Positions 28,401-35,181 of a stretch of DNA of 64,000 nucleotides are shown in pieces. Source of the stretch: Eubacteriales bacterium (GTDB taxonomy: Bacteria; Bacillota; Clostridia; Oscillospirales; CAG-272); contig JAZSHY010000014.1 of assembly GCA_045533505.1 (NCBI GenBank), positions 99,780-163,779 on the forward strand, read 5' to 3'. The notes below the pieces were generated by a model. The model saw only the letters and a list, made by a program, of their open reading frames with translations. It was not told where the DNA came from and searched no databases. The position numbers were made by a program, and so were the translations under genes. Position 1 is the first letter of the stretch; every line of letters starts with the position of its first letter.

Positions 28401-28670
28401 GGAGGCATCTTCGGAAAGCTGGAGGGCGAGGCGTACGACCATGATATGCGCTTCCCGAAATTCAAGGTGGTTGTTACCTTCATTGAGTGCAGCGGCAGCG
28501 TTACGTGCGAATCCCCCCTTGCAACCGGAGCGCTTATAGGCTACGCATCTACCGATTCCGACGGCTCGATAATGGACGCTTACAGCTTCACAGGAAAGCA
28601 TAACGGCGCCGACGCAACCATTGAAACCCTGGTTGGAAGTAAAAATAAGTTTACAATAGTTGAGTCTTAA
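25467..28670 (+). CDS. Surface lipoprotein with Listeria-Bacteroides (Flg_new) repeats and a long GLUG-motif repeat region
   Basis: Start chosen at ATG 25467, with SD AGAGGGGA upstream. The lipoprotein signal is MRKTVFSILFTILVVSVLFTLCAC. Flg_new-like units include GFNFEGIFSQPNGQG, LFAGWAYDGVKITDRHGN and GYRFDGWKIAGTDSAITDKDG. At least 12 units of type [VIA]GG[IVC][IVAC]G...N follow, for example VGGIVGHADG, AGGIAGYMT and VGGVVGRIS. Confidence 0.8.
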   Translation: MRKTVFSILFTILVVSVLFTLCACGDEEITVYDAQVYAFNAYSPNNYLPIWSVSGNMASYRTGSQSDYLLEECYRYGFNFEGIFSQPNGQGEMYMDKTGVITKNFEEAANSQHEIVLYAHYTANTFSLPLSHYGGESTFEFDFFSKGALLPITDAPDHYDHVGWRVPGSERIYKTLPEEIILAYYTQSNTEARKPTLEAVYRGSLRKVSFNSSNDTLGANSVQVYYDEPFTIPVPSAPAGKLFAGWAYDGVKITDRHGNSLGNYNYTFDISVSATYGDAVTVSFDVESNEGLDKSSCEILETETATCLAPFQSGYQFDRMDISSANGSVSLRYDEIENTEASCGSQLGGIRVYCTVNRDGSRTFEIRKVTTDLSVKIYYTPALTVLENVSQDVVVADGLPTLSYGEKFSLPIAYKGGYRFDGWKIAGTDSAITDKDGQGLAAWNNQERTVGIEPIWVADNNAPCAITDFESLLAIKNAPGGKYILLNDITISEQDSARWTPFAFSGVLDGFGHKIKGLTLHAASGSLGMFTTVSGTVKNLTLENVSVTSLSNTKVNVGALCATLTGTVENVTVYGSVSADNANIGGICGTVNGGRIKSSENYASVTTNTLESGAVAGGIAAYITNGLISGCENRGEITAFANVGGIVGHADGANNVTQSSNFAKINAGSGYVGGCVGKITASKFGDGTVIFNNLSNTADITADGSSVGGIIGYCSFYGDWWESKIFTLDFHRLTNAGNVEGLSHVGGCIGYATSSTGVAAYHPQIAIKLTDLVNTGDITAENIAGGCVGYGYNSDNVSKITRSSSSGNITVKHTAGGIAGYMTKFAIDSCDNTGTVIHATSYYIEDSGYYVRIGGFAGVCTDITNCKNLASIEYAEKGCCIGGVAGVVTATISKCSNEGNITAPKASAVGGVVGRISHSGNYNLSKLTNSGNITANESVGGIIGAFNCYFTFNDSSDHMTAISELASSGDVYSYGGFCGGIFGKLEGEAYDHDMRFPKFKVVVTFIECSGSVTCESPLATGALIGYASTDSDGSIMDAYSFTGKHNGADATIETLVGSKNKFTIVES

Positions 28671-28682
28671 GCACATAAAATA

Positions 28683-28716
28683 GGGGACGCGGCTTACCGT
28701 GTCCCCTTCTTCTTTC
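28683..28716 (+). terminator. Terminator of the GLUG lipoprotein gene
   Basis: Stem GGGGACGCGG, loop CTTA, stem CCGTGTCCCC (one G-U pair), followed by TTCTTCTTTC. Confidence 0.7.
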
Positions 28717-28924
28717 ACAAAGAAGCGGCAGCCTTTACACGCTGCCCACCCCTATCATCATTACCATCAAGGCCGCCCGTGTCCGTCGCATCGCGCCGCG
28801 GTGATTTATAGAATACAGGATTATGGCGCGTGTGCGCCATGTCACCTTGCCTCGCCGCCGGTCAGCAAGCTACCGTCGCTCTCGGCAGGTAATCGAACCC
28901 CGCGCCTTCCGCGCGGGGTTCGCG

Positions 28925-28990
28925 CTATGCTCCACCGGAGAACGAAAAAAGCACCTTGAAAAAGGTGCTTCGTTCTCTGGTGGAGCATAG
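28925..28990. repeat. 66-nt inverted repeat (22-nt arms, 21/22 match) that includes the 3' 13 nt of tRNA-Ala and encloses its terminator hairpin
   Basis: The left arm is CTATGCTCCACCGGAGAACGAA (28925-28946). The right arm is TTCGTTCTCTGGTGGAGCATAG (28969-28990). The inner hairpin is AAGCACCTT/AAGGTGCTT with a T-run on the minus strand. Confidence 0.9.
28945..28970 (-). terminator. Terminator of the tRNA-Met/tRNA-Ala transcription unit
   Basis: The minus strand reads AAGCACCTT-TTTC-AAGGTGCTT-TTTTCG immediately after the tRNA-Ala CCA end. Confidence 0.8.
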
Positions 28991-29053
28991 GGGATTCGAA
29001 CCCCTGACCTCAACACTGCCAGTGTTGCGCGCTCCCAACTGCGCTAATGCCCC
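28978..29053 (-). tRNA. tRNA-Ala (anticodon GGC), CCA encoded
   Basis: Hand fold of the reverse complement as a 76-nt cloverleaf: GGGGCAT-TA-GCGC-AGTTGGGA-GCGC-G-CAACA-CTGGCAG-TGTTG-AGGTC-AGGGG-TTCGAAT-CCCCT-ATGCTCC-A-CCA. It carries the G3:U70 alanine identity pair. Confidence 0.9.
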
Positions 29054-29069
29054 GTAGGGTGGGGAAATT

Positions 29070-29146
29070 TGGTGGGCCATCAAGGGCTCGAACCTTGGAC
29101 CAACCGGTTATGAGCCGGTGGCTCTAACCATCTGAGCTAATGGCCC
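29070..29146 (-). tRNA. tRNA with CAT anticodon (elongator Met, or Ile2 if lysidine-modified), CCA encoded
   Basis: Hand fold of the reverse complement as a 77-nt cloverleaf: GGGCCAT-TA-GCTC-AGATGGTTA-GAGC-C-ACCGG-CTCATAA-CCGGT-TGGTC-CAAGG-TTCGAGC-CCTTG-ATGGCCC-A-CCA. The G1:C72 pair argues against an initiator. Met and Ile2 cannot be told apart by eye. Confidence 0.85.
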
Positions 29147-29363
29147 ATATCGGCATTGCTTACTTATTATAGCAACGATATATGAACAAGTTATGAACTA
29201 CATATGTACTAAATGTTAATCCTACGTGCTTCGGGGGACCTGCTGTTTTTTGCTCAGGGCTTTTCGGGCTTCCCCGCCTTCTCGCCCCGCTGTGCACCTC
29301 GCCTCGGGGGATATGCGTGCTCTTTTTCGGTGAATTTTTCCTTATTGACAAGGGGGGAAGCTC

Positions 29364-29392
29364 TTGCAAAGACACTGTCTCTGTGATATACT
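29364..29392 (+). promoter_or_regulatory. Putative promoter of the MORN-repeat gene
   Basis: TTGCAA, 17 nt of spacer, then TATACT. Confidence 0.5.
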
Positions 29393-29438
29393 GGGGTTGA
29401 GAGTATTTGTATCATTATCAAGGAGGCAGGAGAGGTCT

Positions 29439-31106
29439 ATGGCAAGAAAAACCGTAACCCTTTCACAGGGAACCTACACAGGAGAGGTCAAGCTTTTTTC
29501 GGACACCCCTCACGGGAAGGGCGTGCTGACCTATCACAACGGTGACCGCTATGACGGCGAGTGGCGCGAGGGGAGATTCCATGGGCGCGGCATTTATTAT
29601 TACGCCAAGGGCAACCGCTACGAGGGAGAATGCGTCGATGGCAACTTCTGCGGCCAGGGGATTTTCTATTTCGCAAGCGGCGGGCGCTACGAGGGCGCCT
29701 TCCGCGATGACAACTTCAACGGCTACGGTGTTTTCTATTATTCGGACGGCACCGTGTACCGCGGCGAATGGAAGAACGATAAGCGCCACGGCAAGGGCGA
29801 GCAAACCCTCTCGAGTGGCGGCAAGTATATAGGCGACTTCTATGAGGGCGACTTCCAAGGCCAGGGTGAGCTCACCTACGCCGACGGAGGGCGGTATCGC
29901 GGCAGCTTCCGTGCGAACAAGCGCGAGGGGCGCGGCACCTTCTACTACACCGACGGCTCGACCTATGAGGGCGAGTGGCGGGACAACGTCCGTGAGGGGC
30001 AAGGCAAATACACCTATCCAACGGGCAATTTCTACGAGGGGCCGTTTGTGAACGGTGATTTTGAGGGCCACGGCATCTTCCGTTTTGCCGACGGAGCCTA
30101 TTACGAGGGCAACTTCCACCACGACAAGTTCACGGGGCACGGCGTGTACCACTATGCCGACGGTGGCCTTTATACCGGCGAATGGGCGGACGACAAGAAG
30201 CACGGCTACGGCAAGATGACCTATGCCTCGGGTGCCTGCTACGAGGGCGACTATAAGGAGGGGAAGATGCACGGGAAGGGTGTGTACACCTTCCAATCGG
30301 GCACACGCTATGAGGGCGACTTCCTCGACGGAGAGATGACGGGCGAGGGCGTCATGCAGTATACAAACGGCGCACGCTACGAGGGCAGCCTCCTTGGCGG
30401 GAAGCGGAACGGCACGGGCAAAATGCTCTTTGCCGACAAGTCCACCTATGAGGGCGGCTGGCAGGACGACCAGCGGCATGGCCGCGGCAAATCGGTGTTT
30501 GCCTCGGGTGCTGTCTATGAGGGCGAATTCTGCGAAGGGCGCCTTGAGGGGCGCGGCAAATACACCTATGCCGACGGAACGGTCTACGAGGGCGAGCTGC
30601 GTGACAGCCACTTTGAGGGACACGGCATTTACCGCTACAAGAACGGCGACGTCTACGAGGGCGATATGAAGGCCGGCAACTTCCATGGGAACGGGAAATT
30701 CACCTTTGCCGCGGGCGACGTCTACGAGGGCGAGTTCTGCGATGACAAGCGCCACGGCATGGGTGTTTATTCCTATAAGGACGGCGCGGTTTACCGCGGC
30801 GAATGGCAGATGGGCGAGCGCACCGGGTACGGCATTTACACGATGGCCTCAGGCGACGTGTATGAAGGCGACTTCGTTGACAACAACTACGAGGGCTACG
30901 GCATTTACACGACGACATCGGGCAGACGCTACGAGGGCGAATGGAAGGGCGACAGCTTTTGCGGCCACGGCATTCTCACCGAGCCCACGGGCGAGGTGTA
31001 CGAGGGGACCTGGCAAAGCCTCGGCAATGCCTCTCATGTCACCTGCACCGCGGGCGGCAGAGTGACCGCCGGGCGATTTGAGGACGGCGTCTTCACCGAA
31101 GAATAA
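29439..31106 (+). CDS. MORN-repeat protein (about 23 consecutive 23-aa repeats, no other domain)
   Basis: Start chosen at ATG 29439, with SD AGGAGG upstream. The unit Y-x-G-[ED]-[WF]-x-x-[GD]-x-x-x-G-x-G-x-x-x-[YF]-x-x-G-x-x repeats nearly end to end, for example YDGEWREGRFHGRGIYYYAKGNR and YEGEWRDNVREGQGKYTYPTGNF. No signal peptide or TM segment is present. Confidence 0.85.
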   Translation: MARKTVTLSQGTYTGEVKLFSDTPHGKGVLTYHNGDRYDGEWREGRFHGRGIYYYAKGNRYEGECVDGNFCGQGIFYFASGGRYEGAFRDDNFNGYGVFYYSDGTVYRGEWKNDKRHGKGEQTLSSGGKYIGDFYEGDFQGQGELTYADGGRYRGSFRANKREGRGTFYYTDGSTYEGEWRDNVREGQGKYTYPTGNFYEGPFVNGDFEGHGIFRFADGAYYEGNFHHDKFTGHGVYHYADGGLYTGEWADDKKHGYGKMTYASGACYEGDYKEGKMHGKGVYTFQSGTRYEGDFLDGEMTGEGVMQYTNGARYEGSLLGGKRNGTGKMLFADKSTYEGGWQDDQRHGRGKSVFASGAVYEGEFCEGRLEGRGKYTYADGTVYEGELRDSHFEGHGIYRYKNGDVYEGDMKAGNFHGNGKFTFAAGDVYEGEFCDDKRHGMGVYSYKDGAVYRGEWQMGERTGYGIYTMASGDVYEGDFVDNNYEGYGIYTTTSGRRYEGEWKGDSFCGHGILTEPTGEVYEGTWQSLGNASHVTCTAGGRVTAGRFEDGVFTEE

Positions 31107-31117
31107 TTCTTCCCTGC

Positions 31118-31146
31118 GGAGGGGGCTTACAAGGCCCCCTCCTTTT
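31118..31146 (+). terminator. Terminator of the MORN gene
   Basis: Stem GGAGGGGGC, loop TTACAAG, stem GCCCCCTCC, followed by TTTT. Confidence 0.75.
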
Positions 31147-31208
31147 GCGGTTTCTTGAGGGGCGTGACCTGCCCGAGGATAAAAAATCGCGCTTTTTGTC
31201 ATTTGGTC

Positions 31209-31237
31209 TTGTATTTTGTCGTAAGGAGTGTTACAAT
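31209..31237 (+). promoter_or_regulatory. Putative pyrP-upp promoter
   Basis: TTGTAT, 17 nt of spacer, then TACAAT. Confidence 0.45.
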
Positions 31238-31291
31238 ATATATAATTGCAAAGGAACCATTCCCAAAAACAACAACAAAGGAGAGTCCCCT

Positions 31292-32647
31292 ATGAACATG
31301 ATTTATGGCGTCAAAGACAGACCGAAAACCCTCCAGGTTCTCGTGTTTGCCCTCCAGCAGCTCCTTGCGATTCTCGCGGCCACCATTGCCGTGCCGATGA
31401 TTGTCGGCCACGGTATGTCCACCTCTGCTGCGCTCTTCGGCGCAGGTGTCGGCACGATTGTGTACCTCCTCTTCACCAAATTCCGCAGCCCCGTCTTCCT
31501 CGGCTCCTCGTTTGCCTTCCTCGGCTCGATGGCCGCTGCCTTTGCGGGCGGCGTCTCTGCCTCCGCAGGCTACCTCGGCCTTATTATCGGTGCCGTTCTC
31601 GCGGGCCTTGTGTATGTGGGCATTGCCGTTGCCATCAAATTCTTCGGCGTGAAATGGATTGGCAAGATTATGCCTCCCGTGGTCATCGGCCCGACGGTGG
31701 CCATCATCGGTCTTTCGCTCGCGGGGAACGCCATCGGCGACCTTACCAAGGGCAGTGTGCTGAACGCCGCCAAGAACCCCGTAGCCTCGCCCTACCTCGC
31801 CCTGCTCTGCGGCCTTGTGACGCTTTTCACCGTCATTCTTTGCTCGGTCTACGGTAAGAAGATGATGAAGATGATTCCCTTTATCATCGGTATCCTTGCC
31901 GGTTATATTCTCGCTGCCGTGTTCACCGTCATCGGCAACATCGCCGATGTCGATGCCATGAAGCTCATCAACTTCTCGCTCTTCGAAAGCATGCAGTGGT
32001 ATCCCGACTTCACCTTCCTGACTGCCTTCTCGGGCGGTTATGACTTCGGTGACGGCGGCACCTTCTGGTCCTACCTCGGCACGGTTGCCGTTGCCTATGT
32101 CCCCGTTGCCTTCGTGGTGCTTGCCGAGCACATTGCCGACCACAAAAACATCAGCTCCATCATCGGCGAGGACCTTCTTGAGAACCCCGGCCTCTCCCGC
32201 ACCCTTCTCGGTGACGGTGTCGGCTCTATGGCGGGCGCCTTCTTCGGCGGCTGCCCCAACACCACCTACGGTGAGAGCGTCGGCTGCGTAGCTATCTCAA
32301 GAAACGCCTCTGTCGTCACCACCGTGGCTACTGCCGCGCTTGCCATTCTCGCCGCCTTCGTGGCACCCTTCATCACCTTCCTCGCCACCATCCCCTCCTG
32401 CGTCATGGGCGGCGTGTGCGTCTCGCTTTACGGCTTCATCGCCGTCAGCGGTCTTAAAATGCTTCAGGCGGTTGACCTTGGCGAGAGCAGGAACCTCTTT
32501 GTCGCGGCTGTCATTCTGATTTGCGGCGTCGGCGGTCTTACGCTCAACTTCGGTCAGGTGACCGTGACCTCGATTGCCTGCGCTCTCATTCTCGGCATCC
32601 TTGTCAACTTCCTTGTGAATCTCAAAAAGTCCTCGGACGAGAACTAA
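31292..32647 (+). CDS. pyrP: Uracil permease (NCS2 nucleobase:cation symporter)
   Basis: Start chosen at ATG 31292, with SD AAAGGAGAG upstream. The N-terminus is QVLVFALQQLLAILAATIAVPMIVG. It is polytopic, with NCS2-type segments NTTYGESVG and SRNASVVT. It lies directly upstream of upp. Confidence 0.85.
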   Translation: MNMIYGVKDRPKTLQVLVFALQQLLAILAATIAVPMIVGHGMSTSAALFGAGVGTIVYLLFTKFRSPVFLGSSFAFLGSMAAAFAGGVSASAGYLGLIIGAVLAGLVYVGIAVAIKFFGVKWIGKIMPPVVIGPTVAIIGLSLAGNAIGDLTKGSVLNAAKNPVASPYLALLCGLVTLFTVILCSVYGKKMMKMIPFIIGILAGYILAAVFTVIGNIADVDAMKLINFSLFESMQWYPDFTFLTAFSGGYDFGDGGTFWSYLGTVAVAYVPVAFVVLAEHIADHKNISSIIGEDLLENPGLSRTLLGDGVGSMAGAFFGGCPNTTYGESVGCVAISRNASVVTTVATAALAILAAFVAPFITFLATIPSCVMGGVCVSLYGFIAVSGLKMLQAVDLGESRNLFVAAVILICGVGGLTLNFGQVTVTSIACALILGILVNFLVNLKKSSDEN

Positions 32648-32660
32648 GGGAGTCTTAGGT

Positions 32661-33308
32661 ATGGAGCAGAATGCACTTCCCAAAAATGTATTTATCTTTG
32701 ACCATCCGCTGATTCGTCACAAGGTTTCTATCCTTCGTGACGAAAAAACGGGCATGAAGGAATTCCGCGAGCTTATTGAGGAAATCACCACCCTCATGAC
32801 CTATGAAAGCATGCGCGATGTGGAAACGGTGCCCGTGGAGGTAAAAACCCCTCTTGAGGTCACCGTGCAGTACCGCATTCCCGACCACAGCGTGGTCATC
32901 GTCCCGATTCTCCGCGCGGGGCTCGGCATGGTCAACGGTATTCACACCCTCTTCCCCACCGCCAAGGTTGGCCACATCGGTATGTACCGTGACGAGGAAA
33001 CCCTCCTCCCTCACGAATACTACTGCAAGCTGCCGAAGGACATTGAGGACAAGACGGTGTTCCTGATTGACCCCATGCTGGCCACGGGCGGCTCCGCTGC
33101 CGATGCCCTCTCCGCCCTCAAGGCGAAGGGATGCAAGAAGATTAAGTTCATGGCCATCATCGGCGCCCCCGAGGGGATTGCGAAGCTGGCAGAGGCCCAC
33201 CCCGATGTGCCTGTGTACGTTTCCACCCTTGACCGCCAGCTCAACGAGAACGGCTATATCCTGCCGGGGCTCGGTGACGCAGGTGACCGCCTCTTCGGCA
33301 CGAAATAA
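32661..33308 (+). CDS. upp: Uracil phosphoribosyltransferase
   Basis: 215 aa. Family segments are FDHPLIRHKVSILRDEKT, the PRPP loop VFLIDPMLATGGSA, and GYILPGLGDAGDRLFGT. Confidence 0.95.
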   Translation: MEQNALPKNVFIFDHPLIRHKVSILRDEKTGMKEFRELIEEITTLMTYESMRDVETVPVEVKTPLEVTVQYRIPDHSVVIVPILRAGLGMVNGIHTLFPTAKVGHIGMYRDEETLLPHEYYCKLPKDIEDKTVFLIDPMLATGGSAADALSALKAKGCKKIKFMAIIGAPEGIAKLAEAHPDVPVYVSTLDRQLNENGYILPGLGDAGDRLFGTK

Positions 33309-33352
33309 AAGCTATCTCCCAAAAAGAACACCCTGCCTCACGGCAGGAAAGC

Positions 33353-33383
33353 AAAAAGGCAGAGACTGTTCTCTGCCTTTTTT
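33353..33383. terminator. Bidirectional terminator between upp and pyrB
   Basis: AAAAA-GGCAGAGA-CTGT-TCTCTGCC-TTTTTT. Confidence 0.8.
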
Positions 33384-33454
33384 GTATGTCGAAGCTTATG
33401 CCGTGGGAGGGCACCGCCCTTTCGGCAGGGCGCACCCGAGGGCTCTTTCCCCTC

Positions 33455-34504
33455 TTATTTTTCGCAGAAGACGCAGCGCCCATCCAAAAACCGAGGGGCA
33501 AGCTCCTGCTCAATTTGCGTAATGCAAGCGGGATTTTGGCAGACACGGTGGGGCAAAGCAGTTCCCTGCCGCTGTCTCGGGGTACGGTCTATCCCTGCTT
33601 CGGCAAGAAGCATAAGTATCAGGGCCATGCGCATCCACTTGCCGTTTTCCACCTGCTCGAAGTAAGCGGCGCGCGGGTCGCTGTCCACCCGAATGCTGAT
33701 TTCATTGACGCGCGGCAGAGGGTGCAGAATCGAAAGCTCCTCCTTGCCCTCGGTCAGCTTTTCGGGCGTGAGAACATAACTGTCCTTCAGCCTTTCGTAT
33801 TCCTCGGAGTCAAGGAAGCGCTCGCGCTGAATGCGCGTCATATAGAGCACATCAAGCCCGGGTATGGCAGCCTCCAGCCCCTCGGTCTCGGTAAGCGGAA
33901 TGGAAAGGCGCTCACAGGCCTCCCTCACCTCGCTCGGCAGGCGAAGCTCCTTCGGGGAAATGAGCACAAACGAATTGCCGCTGTACCGCGAAAGGGCGGC
34001 AATCAGCGAATGCACGGTGCGCCCGTTCTTGAGGTCGCCGCAGAAGCCCACGGTGAGCCCCGAAAGGCGTCCGTGGCGGCGGCGGATTGTCATAAGGTCG
34101 GTGAGCGTTTGTGTCGGATGGGCGTGGCCGCCGTCACCCGCATTGATGACGGGAACCGTGGCGTTCTCGGCGGCCACAAGCGCCGCGCCCTCTCGCGGGT
34201 GGCGCATGGCAACGATATCGGCATACGCCGAAATCACACGGGCCGTGTCGGCAACGCTCTCCCCCTTGGCAGAGGACGAGGAGGAGGCTCCCTCGAAGCC
34301 GATAACGCTCCCCCCAAGCTCCAGCATCGCCGCCTCAAACGAGAGGCGGGTGCGCGTGGAGGGCTCAAAAAACAGCGTGGCAAGCTTCTTGCGGCGGCAG
34401 GCGTCGGCATAGGTCTCGGGGTGCTCGGCAATATCGCTCCCCACCCTGAGAAGCTCGTCAAGCTCGGCAACCGAGAGGTCGCCGATATCCACAAGGCTTC
34501 TCAT
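33455..34504 (-). CDS. pyrB: Aspartate carbamoyltransferase catalytic chain with a fused C-terminal PyrI-type zinc-domain-like tail
   Basis: 349 aa. The catalytic motifs are FFEPSTRTRLSFE and HPLPRV. The last 44 aa or so carry C-Q-N-P-A-C-I ... C-V-F-C-E-K, that is CxxxxC...CxxC, as in the Zn domain of the ATCase regulatory chain. Confidence 0.9.
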   Translation of the reverse strand: MRSLVDIGDLSVAELDELLRVGSDIAEHPETYADACRRKKLATLFFEPSTRTRLSFEAAMLELGGSVIGFEGASSSSSAKGESVADTARVISAYADIVAMRHPREGAALVAAENATVPVINAGDGGHAHPTQTLTDLMTIRRRHGRLSGLTVGFCGDLKNGRTVHSLIAALSRYSGNSFVLISPKELRLPSEVREACERLSIPLTETEGLEAAIPGLDVLYMTRIQRERFLDSEEYERLKDSYVLTPEKLTEGKEELSILHPLPRVNEISIRVDSDPRAAYFEQVENGKWMRMALILMLLAEAGIDRTPRQRQGTALPHRVCQNPACITQIEQELAPRFLDGRCVFCEK

Positions 34505-35142
34505 TTCGCTATCCAGCTTTCGTCGGAGGGGTTGTTGCGGAAGGAGATAAGCCTAGCAATATCCTCCTCCTTGATGTACCCTTCCTTGGCGGCTACCTCG
34601 GCAATCGCGTCGAAGTTTGTGAGCGAGACGTTCCTGACCTTTGCCTCGGCAAGGCGCTCAAGCCCCTTCTTCATGCCATAGGTGAAGATGCTGACGATGC
34701 CGAGGACCTCGGCACCCGCCTCACGCAGAGCGTCCACAACCTCAATCACGCTGCCGCCCGTGGAGATAAGGTCCTCCACCACGACCACGCGCTGGCCCTT
34801 CTCAAGGCGCCCCTCAATCCGATTGCCGCGCCCGTGGTCCTTGGCGCCCGAGCGCACATACCCCATGGGGAGACCGAGAAGATGCCCCGTAATAGCCGCG
34901 TGGGCAATGCCCGCCGTGGAGGTGCCCATGAGGACCTCGGCCTCGGGGTATTCGCTCCGAATCAGCTCGGCAAGCCCCTCCTCCACATCGGTGCGCACCG
35001 CGGGAGAGGTGAGCGTCAGACGGTTGTCGCAATATACGGGGCTCTTGATGCCGCTTGCCCATGTGAAGGGCTCCTCGGGGCGGAAGAACACCGCGCGTAT
35101 AGAAAGCAGGTCCTTGGCGATTTTGTATTCCAAATCCTTCAT
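34501..35142 (-). CDS. pyrE: Orotate phosphoribosyltransferase
   Basis: 213 aa with FTWASGIKSPVYCDNR and the PRPP motif VVVVEDLISTGGS. Confidence 0.93.
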   Translation of the reverse strand: MKDLEYKIAKDLLSIRAVFFRPEEPFTWASGIKSPVYCDNRLTLTSPAVRTDVEEGLAELIRSEYPEAEVLMGTSTAGIAHAAITGHLLGLPMGYVRSGAKDHGRGNRIEGRLEKGQRVVVVEDLISTGGSVIEVVDALREAGAEVLGIVSIFTYGMKKGLERLAEAKVRNVSLTNFDAIAEVAAKEGYIKEEDIARLISFRNNPSDESWIAK

Positions 35143-35181
35143 TTTGTAAAGCTTCCTTTCCTTTTTGTTCGATTTCTCTTG

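Noticed and set aside
28699-28959. 86-aa ORF between the lipoprotein gene and tRNA-Ala
   Set aside because: It has no SD and a His/Pro/Arg-rich, implausible sequence. The stretch is dominated by strong hairpins and the inverted tRNA fragment, so I treated it as structured non-coding DNA.
29463-30755. 430-aa minus-strand ORF
   Set aside because: It is antisense to the MORN-repeat gene. The open frame is a by-product of the periodic, GC3-biased repeat.
31238-31291. Possible PyrR-binding attenuator upstream of pyrP-upp
   Set aside because: The leader is only about 50 nt long and has neither a terminator hairpin nor a PyrR-box-like sequence.
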